The notes: generated by a model from the letters alone, not told the origin. Numbered from the stretch's first letter, positions 1 through 15,000 are shown. The stretch: 64,000 bases of DNA from Leptogorgia sarmentosa (GCA_964658305.1 OZ210884.1:8370001-8434000); one strand, 5' to 3'. A program made the numbers and translations.

Positions 1-3000
1 GCAACCTTTCCAGCCTAACCGCAACCTTTCCAGCCTAACCCCAGCGTTTTCCAGCCTAACCGCAACCTTTCCAGCCTAACCCCAGCCTTTTCCTGCCTAA
101 CCGCAACCTTTCCAGCCTAACCGCAACCTTTTCCAGCCTAACCCCAGCCTTTTCCAGCCTAACCGCAGCCTTTTCCTGCCTAACCGCAACCTTTCCAGCC
201 TAACCCCACCCTTTTCCTGCCTAACCGCAACCTTTCCAGCCTAACCCCACCCTTTTCCTGCCTAACCGCAACCTTTCCAGCCTAACCGCAGCCTTTTCCT
301 GCCTGACCGAAACCTTTCCAGCCCAACCCCAGCCTTTTCCAGCCTAACCGCAACCTTTCCAGCCTAAGCCCACCCTTTTCCAGCCTAACCGCAACCTTTC
401 CAGCCTAACCCCACCCTTTTCCATCCTAACCGCAACCTTTCCAGCCTAACCCCAGCCTTTTCCAGCCTAACCGCAACCTTTCCAGCCTAACCCCACCCTT
501 TTCCTGCCTAACCGCAACCTTTCCAGCCTAACCCCAGCCTTTTCGTGCCTAACCGCAACCTTTCCAGCCTAACCCCACCCTTTTCCTGCCTAACCGCAAC
601 CTTTCCAGCCTAACCCCAGCCTTTTCCTGCCTAATCCCACCCTTTTCTTGCCCAATCGCAACCTTTCCAGCCTAACCGCAACCTTTTCCAGCCTAACCCC
701 AGCCTTTTCCAGCCTAACCGCAGCCTTTTCCTGCCTAACCGCAACCTTTCCAGCCTAACCCCACCCTTTTCCTGCCTAACCGCAACCTTTCCAGCCTAAC
801 CCCACCCTTTTCCTGCCTAACCGCAACCTTTCCAGCCTAACCCCACCCTTTTCCTGCCTAACCGCAACCTTTCCAGCCTAACCCCACCCTTTTCCTGCCT
901 AACCGCAACCTTTCCAGCCTAACCGCAGCCTTTTCCTGCCTGACCGAAACCTTTCCAGCCCAACCCCAGCCTTTTCCAGCCTAACCGCAACCTTTCCAGC
1001 CTAACCCAGCCTTTTCCAGCCTAACCGCAACCTTTCCAGCCTAACCCCACCCTTTTCCAGCCTAACCGCAACCTTTCCAGCCTAACCCCAGCCTTTTCCA
1101 GCCTAACCGCAACCTTTCCAGCCTAACCCCACCCTTTTCCTGCCTAACCGCAACCTTTCCAGCCTAACCCCAGCCTTTTCTTGCCTAACCGCAACCTTTC
1201 CAGCCTAACCCCACCCTTTTCCTGCCTAACCGCAACCTTTCCAGCCTAACCCCAGCCTTTTCCTGCCTAATCCCACCCTTTTCTTGCCTAACCGCAACCT
1301 TTCCAGCCTAACCCCAGCCTTTTCCTGCCTAACCGCAACCTTTCCAGCCTAACACCAGCCTTTTCTAGCCTAACCGCAACCTTTTCCTGCCAAACCGCAA
1401 CCTTTCCAGCCTAACCCCAGCCTTTTCCAGCCTAACCGCAACCTTTCCAGCCTAACCCCACCCTATTCCAGCCTAACCGCAACCTTTCCAGCCTAACCCC
1501 AGCCTTTTCCAACCTAACCGCAGCCTTTTCCTGCCTAACCGCAACCTTTCCAGCCTAACCCCAGCCGTTTCCTGCCTAACCGCAACCTTTCCAGCCTAAC
1601 CCCAGCCTTTTCGTGCCTAAACGCAACCTTTCCTGCCTAACCCCACCCTTTTCCAGCCTAACCGCAACCTTTTCTTGCCTAACCGCAACCTTTCCAGCCT
1701 AACCCCAGCCTTTTCCTGCCTAACCGCAACCTTTCCAGCCTCACCACAGCATTTTCCAGCCTAACCGAAACCTTTCCAGCCTAACCGCAACCTTTCCAGC
1801 CTAACCGCAACCTTTCCAGCCTAACCCCAGCCTTTTCCAGCCTAACCGCAACCTTTCCAGCCTAACCCCAGCCTTTTCGTGCCTAACCGCAACCTTTCCT
1901 GCCTAACCCCACCCTTTTCCTGCCTAACCGCAACCTTTCCAGCCTAACCCCAGCCGTTTCCTGCCTAACCGCAACCTTTCCAGCCTAACCCCAGCCTTTT
2001 CGTGCCTAACCACAACCTTTCCTGCCTAACCCCACCCTTTTCCTGCCTAACCGCAACCTTTCCAGCCTAACCCCAGCCTTTTCCTGCCTAACCGCAACCT
2101 TTCCAGCCTAACCCCAGCCTTTTCTTGCCTAACCGCAACCTTTCCAGCCTAACCCCACCCTTTTCCTGCCTAACCGCAACCTTTCCAGCCTAACCCCAGC
2201 CTTTTCCTGCCTAATCCCACCCTTTTCTTGCCTAACCGCAACCTTTCCAGCCTAACCCCAGCCTTTTCCTGCCTAACCGCAACCTTTCCAGCCTAACACC
2301 AGCCTTTTCTAGCCTAACCGCAACCTTTCCAGCCTAACCCCACCCTTTTCCAGCCTAACCGCAACCTTGCCAGCCTAACCCCAGCCTTTTCCAGCCTAAC
2401 CGCAACCTTTCCAGCCTAACCCCACCCTTTTCCTGCCTAGCCGCAACCTTTCCAGCCTAACCCCAGCCTTTTCTTGCCTAACCGCAACCTTTCCAGCCTA
2501 ACCCCACCCTTTTCCTGCCTAACCGCAACCTTTCCAGCCTAACCCCAGCCTTTTCCTGCCTAACCCCACCCTTTTCTTGCCTAACCGCAACCTTTCCAGC
2601 CTAACCCCAGCCTTTTCCTGCCTAACCGCAACCTTTCCAGCCTCACCACAGCATTTTCCAGCCTAACCGAAACCTTTCCAGCCTAACCGCAACCTTTCCA
2701 GTCTAACCGCAACCTTTCCAGCCTAACCCCAGCCTTTTCCAGCCTAACCGCAACCTTTCCAGCCTAACCCCAGCCTTTTCGTGCCTAACCGCAACCTTTC
2801 CTGCCTAACCCCACCCTTTTCCTGCCTAACCGCAACCTTTCCAGCCTAACCCCAGCCGTTTCCTGCCTAACCGCAACTTTTCCAGCCTAACCCCAGCCTT
2901 TTCGTGCCTAACCGCAACCTTTCCTGCCCAACCCCACCCTTTTCCTGCCTAACCGCAACCTTTCCAGCCTAACCCCACCCTTTTCCTGCCTAACCGCAAC

Positions 3001-6000
3001 CTTTCCAGCCTAACCCCAGCCTTTTCCAGCCTAACCGCAACCTTTCCAGCCTAACCCCACCCTTTTCCAGCCTAACCGCAACCTTTCCAGCCTAACCCCA
3101 GCCTTTTCCAGCCTAACCGCAACCTTTCCAGCCTAACCCCACCCTTTTCCAGCCTAACCGCAACCTTTCCAGCCTAACCCCAGCCTTTTCCAGCCTAACC
3201 GCAACCTTTCCAGCCTAACCCCACCCTTTTCCTGCCTAACCGCAACCTTTCCAGCCTAACCCCAGCCTTTTCCAGCCTAACCGCAACCTTTCCAGCCTAA
3301 CCCCACCCTTTTCCTGCCTAACCGCAACCTTTCCAGCCTAACCGCAGCCTTTTGCTGCCTAACCGCAACCTTTCCAGCCTAACCCCAGCCGTTTCCTGCC
3401 TAACCGCAACCTTTCCAGCCTAACCCCAGCCTTTTCGTGCCTAACCGCAACCTTTCCTGCCTAACCCCACCCTTTTCCTGCCTAACCGCAACCTTTCCAG
3501 CCTAACCCCAGCCTTTTCCTGCCAAACCGCAACCTTTCCAGCCCAACCCCAGCCTTTTCCAGCCTAACCGCAACCTTTCCAGCGTAACCCCACCCTATTC
3601 CAGCCTAACCGCAACCTTTCCAGCCTAACCCCAGCCTTTTCCAACCTAACCGCAGCCTTTTCCTGCCTAACCGCAACCTTTCCAGCCTAACCCCAGCCTT
3701 TTCCTGCCTAACCGCAACCTTTCCAGCCTAACACCAGCCTTTTCTAGCCTAACCGCAACATTTTCCTGCCAAACCGCAACCTTTCCAGCCTAATCCCAGC
3801 CTTTTCCAGCCTAACCGCAACCTTTCCAGCCTAACCCCACCCTATTCCAGCCTAACCGCAACCTTTCCAGCCTAACCCCAGCCTTTTCCAACCTAACCGC
3901 AGCCTTTTCCTGCCTAACCGCAACCTTTCCAGCCTAACCCCAGCCGTTTCCTGCCTAACCGCAACCTTTCCAGCCTAACCCCAGCCTTTTCGTGCCTAAA
4001 CGCAACCTTTCCTGCCTAACCCCACCCTTTTCCAGCCTAACCGCAACCTTTTCTTGCCTAACCGCAACCTTTCCAGCCTAACCCCAGCTTTTTCCTGCCT
4101 AACCGCAACCTTTCCAGCCTCACCACAGCATTTTCCAGCCTAACCGAAACCTTTCCAGCCTAACCGCAACCTTTCCAGCCTAACCGCAACCTTTCCAGCC
4201 TAACCCCAGCCTTTTCCAGCCTAACCGCAACCTTTCCAGCCTAACCCCAGCCTTTTCGTGCCTAACCGCAACCTTTCCTGCCTAACCCCACCCTTTTCCT
4301 GCCTAACCGCTACCTTTCCAGCCTAACCCCAGCCGTTTCCTGCCTAACCGCAACCTTTCCAGCCTAACCCCAGCCTTTTCGTGCCTAACCACAACCTTTC
4401 CTGCCTAACCCCACCCTTTTCCTGCCTAACCGCAACCTTTCCAGCCTAACCCCAGCCTTTTCCTGCCTAACCGCAACCTTTCCAGCCTAACCCCAGCCTT
4501 TTCCAGCCTAACCGCAACCTTTCCAGCCTAACCCCACCCTTTTCCCGCCTAACCGCAACCTTTCCAGCCTAACCCCAGCCTTTTCCAGCCTAACCGCAAC
4601 CTTTCCAGCCTAACCCCACCCTTTTCCAGCCTAACCGCAACCTTTCCAGCCTAACCCCAGCCTTTTCCAGCCTAACCGCAACCTTTCCAGCCTAACCCCA
4701 CCCTTTTCCTGCCTAAACGCAACCTTTCCAGCCTAACCCCAGCCTTTTCCAGCCTAACCGCAACCTTTCCAGCCTAACCCCACCCTTTTCCTGCCTAACC
4801 GCAACCTTTCCAGCCTAACCGCAGCCTTTTGCTGCCTAACCGCAACCTTTCCAGCCTAACCCCAGCCGTTTCCTGCCTAACCGCAACCTTTCCAGCCTAA
4901 CCCCAGCCTTTTCGTGCCTAACCGCAACCTTTCCAGCCTAACCCCAGCCTTTTCCTGCCAAACCGCAACCTTTCCAGCCTAACCCCAGCCTTTTCCAGCC
5001 TAACCGCAACCTTTCCAGCCTAACCCCACCCTATTCCAGCCTAACCGCAACCTTTCCAGCCTAACCCCAGCCTTTTCCAACCTAACCGCAGCCTTTTCCT
5101 GCCTAACCGCAACCTTTCCAGCCTAACCCCAGCCGTTTCCTGCCTAACCGCAACCTTTCGAGCCTAACCCCAGCCTTTTCTGGCCTAACCGCAACCTTTC
5201 CAGCCTAACCCCAGCCTTTTCCTGCCTAACCGCAACCTTTCCAGCGTAACCCCAGCCTTTTCCAGCCTAACCGCAACCTTTCCAGCCTAACCCCACCCTT
5301 TTCCAGCCTAACCGCAACCTTGCCAGCCTCACCCCAGCCTTTTCCAGCCTAACCGCAACCTTTCCAGCGTAACCCCACCCTTTTCCTGCCTAACCGCAAC
5401 CTTTCCAGCCTAACCCCAGCCTTTTCTTGCCTAACCGCAACCTTTCCAGCCTAACCCCACCCTCTTCCTGCCTAACCGCAACCTTTCCAATCTAACCCCA
5501 GCCTTTTCCTGCCTAACCCCACCCTTTTCTTGCCTAACCGCAACCTTTCCAGCCTAACCCCAGCCTTTTCCTGCCTAACCGCAACCTTTCCTGCCTAACC
5601 CCACCCTTTTCCTGCCTAACCGCAACCTTTCCAGCCTAACCCCAGCCGTTTCCTGCCTAACCGCAACCTTTCCAGCCTAACCCCAGCCTTTTCGTGCCTA
5701 ACCACAACCTTTCCTGCCTAACCCCACCCTTTTCCTGCCTAACCGCAACCTTTCCAGCCTAACCCCAGCCTTTTCCTGCCTAACCGCAACCTTTCCAGCC
5801 TAACCCCAGCCTTTTCCAGCCTAACCGCAACCTTTCCAGCCTAACCCCACCCTTTTCCAGCCTAACCGCAACCTTGCCAGCCTAACCCCAGCCTTTTCCA
5901 GCCTAACCGCAACCTTTCCAGCCTAACCCCACCCTTTTCCTGCCTAACCGCAACCTTTCCAGCCAAACCCCAGCCTTTTCTTGCCTAACCGCAACCTTTC

Positions 6001-9000
6001 CAGCCTAACCCCACCCTCTTCCTGCCTAACCGCAACCTTTCCAGCCTAACCCCAGCCTTTTCCTGCCTAACCGCAACCTTTCCAGCCTCACCACAGCATT
6101 TTCCAGCCTAACCGAAACCTTTCCAGCCTAACCGCAACCTTTCCAGCCTAACCGCAACCTTTCCAGCCTAACCCCAGCCTTTTCCAGCCTAACCGCAACC
6201 TTTCCAGCCTAACCCCAGCCTTTTCGTGCCTAACCGCAACCTTTCCTGCCTAACCCCACCCTTTTCCTACCTAACCGCAACCTTTCCAGCCTAACCCCAG
6301 CCGTTTCCTGCCTAACCGCAACCTTTCCAGCCTAACCCCAGCCTTTTCGTGCCTAACCGCAACCTTTCCTGCCTAACCCCACCCTTTTCCTGCCTAACCG
6401 CAACCTTTCCAGCCTAACCCCAGCCTTTTCCTGCCTAACCGCAACCTTTCCAGCCTAACCCCAGCCTTTTCCAGCCTAACCGCAACCTTTCCAGCCTAAC
6501 CCCACCCTTTTCCAGCCTAACCGCAACCTTTCCAGCCTAACCCCAGCCTTTTCCAGCCTAACCGCATCCAGCCTAACCCCACCCTTTTCCTGCCTAACCG
6601 CAACCTTTCCAGCCTAACCCCAGCCTTTTCCTGCCTAACCCCACCCTTTTCTTGCCTAACCGCAACCTTTCCAGCCTAACCCCAGCCTTTTCCTGCCTAA
6701 CCGCAACCTTTCCAGCCTCACCACAGCATTTTCCAGCCTAACCGAAACCTTTCCAGCCTAACCGCAACCTTTCCAGTCTAACCGCAACCTTTCCAGCCTA
6801 ACCCCAGCCTTTTCCAGCCTAACCGCAACCTTTCCAGCCTAACCCCAGCCTTTTCGTGCCTAACCGCGACCTTTCCTGCCTAACCCCACCCTTTTCCTGC
6901 CTAACCGCAACCTTTCCAGCCTAACCCCAGCCGTTTCCTGCCTAACCGCAACTTTTCCAGCCTAACCCCAGCCTTTTCGTGCCTAACCGCAACCTTTCCT
7001 GCCTAACCCCACCCTTTTCCTGCCTAACCGCAACCTTTCCAGCCTAACCCCACCCTTTTCCTGCCTAACCGCAACCTTTCCAGCCTAACCCCAGCCTTTT
7101 CCAGCCTAACCGCAAGCTTTCCAGCCTAACCCCACCCTTTTCCAGCCTAACCGCAACCTTTCCAGCCTAACCCCAGCCTTTTCCAGCCTAACCGCAACCT
7201 TTCCAGCCTAAACCCACCCTTTTCCTGCCTAACCGCAACCTTTCCAGCCTAACCCCAGCCTTTTCTTGCCTAACCGCAACCTTTCCAGCCTAACCCCACC
7301 CTTTTCCTGCCTAACCGCAACCTTTCCAGCCTAACCCCAGCCTTTTCCTGCCTAACCCCACCCTTTTCTTGCCTAACCGCAACCTTTCCAGCCTAACACC
7401 AGCGTTTTCCAGCCTAACCGCAACCTTTCCAGCCTCACCACAGCATTTTCCAGCCTAACCGAAACCTTTCCAGCCTAACCGCAACCTTTCCAGCCTAACC
7501 GCAACCTTTCCAGCCTAACCCCAGCCTTTTCGTGCCTAACCGCAACCTTTCCTGCCTAACCCCACCCTTTTCCTGCCTAACCGCAACCTTTCCAGCCTAA
7601 CCCCAGCCTTTTCCTGCCTAACCGCAACCTTTCCAGCCTAACCCCAGCCTAACCGCAACCTTTCCAGCCTAACTCCAGCCTTTTCCTGCCTAACCGTAAC
7701 CTTTCCAGCCTAACCCCAGCCTTTTCCAGCCTAACCGCAACCTTTCCAGCCTAACCCCACCCTTTTCCAGCCTAACCGCAACCTTTCCAGCCTAACCCCA
7801 GCCTTTTCCAGCCTAACCGCAACCTTTCCAGGCTAACCCCACTCTTTTCCTGCCTAACCGCAACCTTTTCAGCCTAACCCCAGCCTTTTCCTGCCTAACC
7901 GCAACCTTTCCAGCCTAACCCCACCCTTTTCCTGCCTAACCGCAACCTTTCCAGCCTAACCCCAGCCTTTTCCTGCCTAACCCCACCCTTTTCTTGCCTA
8001 ACCGCAACCTTTCCAGCCTAACCCCAGCCTTTTCCTGCCTAACCGCAACCTTTCCAGCCTAACCCCAGCGTTTTCAAGCCTAACCGCAACCTTTCCAGCC
8101 TAACCCCAGCATTTTCCTGCCTAACCGCAACCTTTCCAGGCTAACCCCACTCTTTTCCTGCCTAACCGCAACCTTTCCAGCCTAACCCCAGCCTTTTCCT
8201 GCCTAACCGCAACCTTTCCAGCCTAATCCCACCCTTTTCCTGCCTAACCGCAACCTTTCCAGCCTAACCCCAGCCTTTTCCTGCCTAACCCCAGCCTTTT
8301 CGTGCCTAACCGCAACCTTTCCTGCCTAACCCCACCCTTTTCCTGCCTAACCGCAACCTTTCCAGCCTAACCCCACCCTTTTTCTGCCTAACCGCAACCT
8401 TTCCAGCCTAACCCCAGCCTTTTCCTGCCTAACCCCACCCTTTTCTTGCCTAACCGCAACCTTTCCAGCCTAACCCTAACCCTAACCCTAACACCAGCGT
8501 TTTCCAGCCTAACCGCAACCTTTCCAGCCTCACCGCAGCATTTTCCAACCTAACCGAAACCTTTCCAGCCTAACCGCAACCTTTCCAGCCTAACCGCAAC
8601 CTTTCCAGCCTAACCCCAGCCTTTTCCAGCCAAACCGCAACCTTTCCAGCCTAACCCCAGGCTTTTCCTGCCTAACCGCAACCTTTCCAGCCTAACCCCA
8701 GCCTTTTCCAGCCTAACCGCAACCTTTCCAGCCTAACCCCACCCTTTTCCAGCCTAACCGCAACCTTTCCAGCCTAACCGCAGCCTTTTCCTGCCTAACC
8801 GCAACCTTTCCAGCCTATCCGCAGCCTTTTCCTACCTAACCGCAACCTTTCCAGCCCAACCCCAGCCGTTTCCTGCCTAACCGCAACCTTTCCAGCCTAA
8901 CCCCAGCTTTTCGTGCCTAACCGCAACCTTTCCTGCCTAACCCCACCCTTTTCCTGCCTAACCGCAACCTTTCCAGCCTAACCCCAGCCTTTTCCTGCCT

Positions 9001-12000
9001 AACCGCAACCTTTCCAGCCTAACACCAGCCTTTTCCAGCCTAACCGCAACCTTTCCAGCCTAACCCCACCCTTTTCCTGCCTAACCGCAACCTTTCTAGC
9101 CTAACCGCAGCCTTTTCCTGCCTAACCGCAACCTTTCCAGCCTAACCCCAGCCGTTTCCTGCCTAACCGCAACCTTTCCAGCCTAACCCCAGCCTTTTCG
9201 TGCCTAACCGCAACCTTTCCTGCCTAACCCCACCCTTTTCCTGCCTAACCGCAACCTTTCCAGCCTAACCCCAGCCTTTTCCTGCCTAACCGCAACCTTT
9301 CCAGCCTAACCCCAGCCATTTCCAGCCTAACCGCAACCTTTCCAGCCTAACCCCACCCTTTTCCAGCCTAACCGCAACCTTTCCAGCCTAACCCCAGCCT
9401 TTTCCAGCCTAACCGCAGCCTTTTGCTGCCTAACCGCAACCTTTCCAGCCTAACCCCAGCCGTTTCCTGCCTAACCGCAACCTTTCCAGCCTAACCCCTG
9501 CCTTTTCGTGCCTAACCGCAACCTTTCCTGCCTAACCCCACCCTTTTCCTGCCTAACCGCAACCTTCCCAGCCTAACCCCAGCCTTTTCCTGCCTAACCG
9601 CAACCTTTCCAGCCTAACCCCAGCCTTTTCCAGCCTAACCGCAACCTTTCCAGCCTAACCCCACCCTTTTCCTGCCTAACCGCAACCTTTCCAGCCTAAC
9701 CCCAGCCTTTTCCAGCCTAACCGCAACCTTTCCAGTCTAACCCCACCCTTTTTCTGCCTAACCGCAACCTTTCCAGCCTAACCGCAGCCTTTTCCTGCCT
9801 AACCACAACCTTTCAGGCCTAACCCCTGCCTTTTCCAGCCTAACCGCAACCTTTCCAGCTTAACCCCAGCCTTTTCCAGCCTAACCGCAACCTTTCCAGC
9901 CTAACCCCACCCTTTTCCTGCCTAACCGCAACCTTTCCAGCCTAACCCCAGCCTTTTCCAGCCTAACCGCAACCTTTCCAGCCTAACCCCACCCTTTTCC
10001 TGCCTAACCGCAACCTTTCCAGCGTAACCCCACCCTTTTCGTGCCTAACCGCAACCTTTCCTGCCTAACCCCAGCCTTTTCCTGCCTAACCGCAACCTTT
10101 CCAGCCTAACCCCAACCTTTTCCAGCCTAACCGCAACCTTTCCAGCCTAACCCCACCCTTTTCCAGCCTAACCGCAACCGTTCCAGCCTAACCCCAGCCT
10201 TTTCCAGCCTAACCGCAGCCTTTTCCTGCCTAACCGCAACCTTTCCAGCCTAACCCCAGCCGTTTCCTGCCTAACCGCAACCTTTCCAGCCTAACCCCAG
10301 CCTTTTCGTGCCTAACCGCAACCTTTCCAGCCTAACCCCAGCCTTTTCCTGCCTAACCGCAACCTTTCCAGCCTAACCCCAACCTTTTCCAGCCTAACCG
10401 CAACCTTTCCAGCCTAACCCCACCCTTTTCCAGCCTAACCGCAACCGTTCCAGCCTAACCCCAGCCTTTTCCAGCCTAACCGCAGCCTTTTCCTGCCTAA
10501 CCGCAACCTTTCCAGCCTAACCCCAGCCGTTTCCTGCCTAACCGCAACCTTTCCAGCCTAACCCCAGCCTTTTCGTGCCTAACCGCAACCTTTCCTGCCT
10601 AACCCCACCCTTTTCCTGCCTAACCGCAACCTTTCCAGCCTAACCCCAGCCTTTTCCTGCCTAACCGCAACCTTTCCAGCCTAACCCCAGCCTTTTCCAG
10701 CCTAACCGCAACCTTTCCAGCCTAACCCCACCCTTTTCCAGGCTAACCGCAACCTTTCCAGCCTAACCCCAGCCTTTTCCAGCCTAACCGCAACCTTTTC
10801 CAGCCTAACCGCAACCTTTCCAGCCTAACCCCAGCCTTTTCCAGCCTAACCGCAACCTTTCCAGCCTAACCCCACCCTTTTCCAGCCTAACCGCAACCTT
10901 TCCAGCCTAACCCCAGCCTTTTCCAGCCTAACCGCATCCAGCCTAACCCCACCCTTTTCCTGCCTAACCGCAACCTTTCCAGCCTAACCCCACCCTTTTC
11001 CTGCCTAACCGCAACCTTTCCAGCCTAACCCCAGCCTTTTCCAGCCTAACCGCAACCTTTCCAGCCTAACCCCACCCTTTTCCTGCCTAACCGCAACCTT
11101 TCCAGCGTAACCCCACCCTTTTCGTGCCTAACCGCAACCTTTCCAGCCTAACCCCAGCCTTTTCCTGCCTAACCGCAACCTTTCCAGCCTAACCCCAACC
11201 TTTTCCAGCCTAACCGCAACCTTTCCAGCCTAACCCCACCCTTTTCCAGCCTAACCGCAACCGTTCCAGCCTAACCCCAGCCTTTTCCAGCCTAACCGCA
11301 GCCTTTTCCTGCCTAACCGCAACCTTTCCAGCCTAACCCCAGCCGTTTCCTGCCTAACCGCAACCTTTCCAGCCTAACCCCAGCCTTTTCGTGCCTAACC
11401 GCAACCTTTCCTGCCTAACCCCACCCTTTTCCTGCCTAACCGCAACCTTTCCAGCCTAACCCCAGCCTTTTCCTGCCTAACCGCAACCTTTCCAGCCTAA
11501 CCCCAGCCTTTTCCAGCCTAACCGCAACCTTTCCAGCCTAACCCCACCCTTTTCCAGGCTAACCGCAACCTTTCCAGCCTAACCCCAGCCTTTTCCTGCC
11601 TAACCGCAACCTTTCCAGCCTAACCCCAGCCGTTTCCTGCCTAACCGCAACCTTTCCAGCCTAACCCCAGCCTTTTCGTGCCTAACCGCAACCTTTCCTG
11701 CCTAACCCCACCCTTTTCCTGCCTAACCGCAACCTTTCCAGCCTAACCCCAGCCTTTTCCTGCCTAACCGCAACCTTTCCAGCCTAACCCCAGCCATTTC
11801 CAGCCTAACCGCAACCTTTCCAGCCTAACCCCACCCTTTTCCAGCCTAACCGCAACCTTTCCAGCCTAACCCCAGCCTTTTCCAGCCTAACCGCAGCCTT
11901 TTGCTGCCTAACCGCAACCTTTCCAGCCTAACCCCAGCCGTTTCCTGCCTAACCGCAACCTTTCCAGCCTAACCCCTGCCTTTTCGTGCCTAACCGCAAC

Positions 12001-15000
12001 CTTTCCTGCCTAACCCCACCCTTTTCCTGCCTAACCGCAACCTTCCCAGCCTAACCCCAGCCTTTTCCTGCCTAACCGCAACCTTTCCAGCCTAACCCCA
12101 GCCTTTTCCAGCCTAACCGCAACCTTTCCAGCCTAACCCCACCCTTTTCCTGCCTAACCGCAACCTTTCCAGCCTAACCCCAGCCTTTTCCAGCCTAACC
12201 GCAACCTTTCCAGTCTAACCCCACCCTTTTTCTGCCTAACCGCAACCTTTCCAGCCTAACCGCAGCCTTTTCCTGTCTAACCACAACCTTTCAGGCCTAA
12301 CCCCTGCCTTTTCCAGCCTAACCGCAACCTTTCCAGCTTAACCCCAGCCTTTTCCTGCCTAACCGCAACCTTTCCAGCCTAACCCCAGCCTTTTCCAGCC
12401 TAACCGCAACCTTTCCAGCCTAACCCCACCCTTTTCCTGCCTAACCGCAACCTTTCCAGCGTAACCCCACCCTTTTCGTGCCTAACCGCAACCTTTCCAG
12501 CCTAACCCCAGCCTTTTCCTGCCTAACCGCAACCTTTCCAGCCTAACCCCAACCTTTTCCAGCCTAACCGCAACCTTTCCAGCCTAACCCCACCCTTTTC
12601 CAGCCTAACCGCAACCGTTCCAGCCTAACCCCAGCCTTTTCCAGCCTAACCGCAGCCTTTTCCTGCCTAACCGCAACCTTTCCAGCCTAACCCCAGCCGT
12701 TTCCTGCCTAACCGCAACCTTTCCAGCCTAAGCCCAGCCTTTTCGTGCCTAACCGCAACCTTTCCTGCCTAACCCCACCCTTTTCCTGCCTAACCGCAAC
12801 CTTTCCAGCCTAACCCCAGCCTTTTCCTGCCTAACCGCAACCTTTCCAGCCTAACCCCAGCCTTTTCCAGCCTTACCGCAACCTTTCCAGCCTAACCCCA
12901 CCCTTTTCCAGCCTAACCGCAACCTTTCCAGCCTAACCCCAGCCTTTTCCAGCCTAACCGCAACCTTTCCAGCCTAACCCCACCCTTTTCCAGCCTAACC
13001 GCAACCTTTCCAGCCTAACCCCAGCCTTTTCCAGCCTAACCGCAGCCTTTTCCTGCCTAACCGCAACCTTTCCAGCCTAACCCCAGCCGTTTCCTGCCTA
13101 ACCGCAACCTTTCCAGCCTAACCCCAGCCTTTTCGTGCCTAATCGCAACCTTTCCTGCCTAACCCCACCCTTTTCCTGCCTAACCGCAACCTTCCCAGCC
13201 TAACCCCAGCCTTTTCCTGCCTAACCGCAACCTTTCCAGCCTAACCCCAGCCTTTTCCAGCCTAACCGCAACCTTTCCAGCGTAACCCCACCCTTTTCCA
13301 GCATAACCGCAACCTTTCCAGCCTAACCCCAGCCTTTTCCAGCCTAACCGCAACCTTTCCAGCCTAACCCCACCCTTTTCCTGCCTAACCGCAACCTTTC
13401 CAGCCTAACCCCTGCCTTTTCCAGCCTAACCGCAACCTTTCCAGCCTAACCCCACCCTTTTCCTGCCTAACCGCAACCTTTCCAGCCTAACCGCAGCCTT
13501 TTCCTGCCTAACCGCAACCTTTCCAGCCTAACCCCAGCCTTTTCCAGCCTAACCGCAACCTTTCCAGCCTAACCCCACCCTTTTCCAACCTAACCGCAAC
13601 CTTTCCAGCCTAACCCCAGCCTTTTCCAGCCTAACCGCAACCTTTCCAGCCTAACCCCACCCTTTTCCTGCCTAACCGCTACCTTTCCAGCCTAACCCCA
13701 GCCTTTTCCAGCCTAACCGCAACCTTTCCAGCCTAACCCCACCCTTTTCCTGCCTAACCGCAACCTTTCCAGCCTAACCCCAGCCTTTTCCAGCCTAACC
13801 GCAACCTTTCCAGCCTAACCCCACCCTTTTCCTGCCTAACCGCAACCTTTCCAGCCTAACCCCAGCCTTTTCCAGCCTAACCGCAACCTTTCCAGCCTAA
13901 CCCCTCCCTTTTCCTGCCTAACCGCAACCTTTCCAGCCTAACCGCAGCCTTTTCCTGCCTAACCGCAACCTTTCCAGCCTAACCCCAGCCTTTTCCAGCC
14001 TAACCGCAACCTTTCCAGCCTAACCCCACCCTTTTCCAGCCTAACCGCAACCTTTCCAGCCTAACCCCAGCCTTTTCCAGCCTAACCGCAACCTTTCCAG
14101 CCTAACCCCACCCTTTTCCTGCCTAACCGCAATCTTTCCAGCCTAACCCCAGCCTTTTCCAGCCTAACCGCAACCTTTCCAGCCAAACCCCACCCTTTTC
14201 CTGCCTAACCGCAACCTTTCCAGCCTAACCCCAGCCTTTTCCAGCCTAACCGCAACCTTTCCAGCCTAACCCCACCCTTTTCCAGCATAACCGCAACCTT
14301 TCCAGCTTAACCCCAGCCTTTTCCAGCCTAACCGCAACCTTTCCAGCCTAACCCCACCCTTTTCCTGCCTAACCGCAACCTTTCCAGCCTAACCCCAGCC
14401 TTTTCCAGCCTAACCGCAACCTTTCCAGCCTAACCCCACCCTTTTCCTGCCTAACCGCAACCTTTCCAGCCTAACCGCAGCCTTTTCCTGCCTAACCGCA
14501 ACCTTTCCAGCCTAACCCCAGCCTTTTCCAGCCTAACCGCAACCTTTCCAGCCTAACCCCACCCTTTTCCAGCCTAACCGCAACCTTTCCAGCCTAACCC
14601 CAGCCTTTTCCAGCCTAACCGCAACCTTTCCAGCCTAACCCCACCCTTTTCCTGCCTAACCGCAACCTTTCCAGCCTAACCCCAGCCTTTTCCAGCCTAA
14701 CCGCAACCTTTCCAGCCTAACCCCACCCTTTTCCTGCCTAACCGCAACCTTTCCAGCCTAACCCCAGCCTTTTCCAGCCTAACCGCAACCTTTCCAGTCT
14801 AACCCCACCCTTTTTCTGCCTAACCGCAACCTTTCCAGCCTAACCGCAGCCTTTTCCTGTCTAACCACAACCTTTCAGGCCTAACCCCTGCCTTTTCCAG
14901 CCTAACCGCAACCTTTCCAGCTTAACCCCAGCCTTTTCCTGCCTAACCGCAACCTTTCCAGCCTAACCCCAGCCTTTTCCAGCCTAACCGCAACCTTTCC

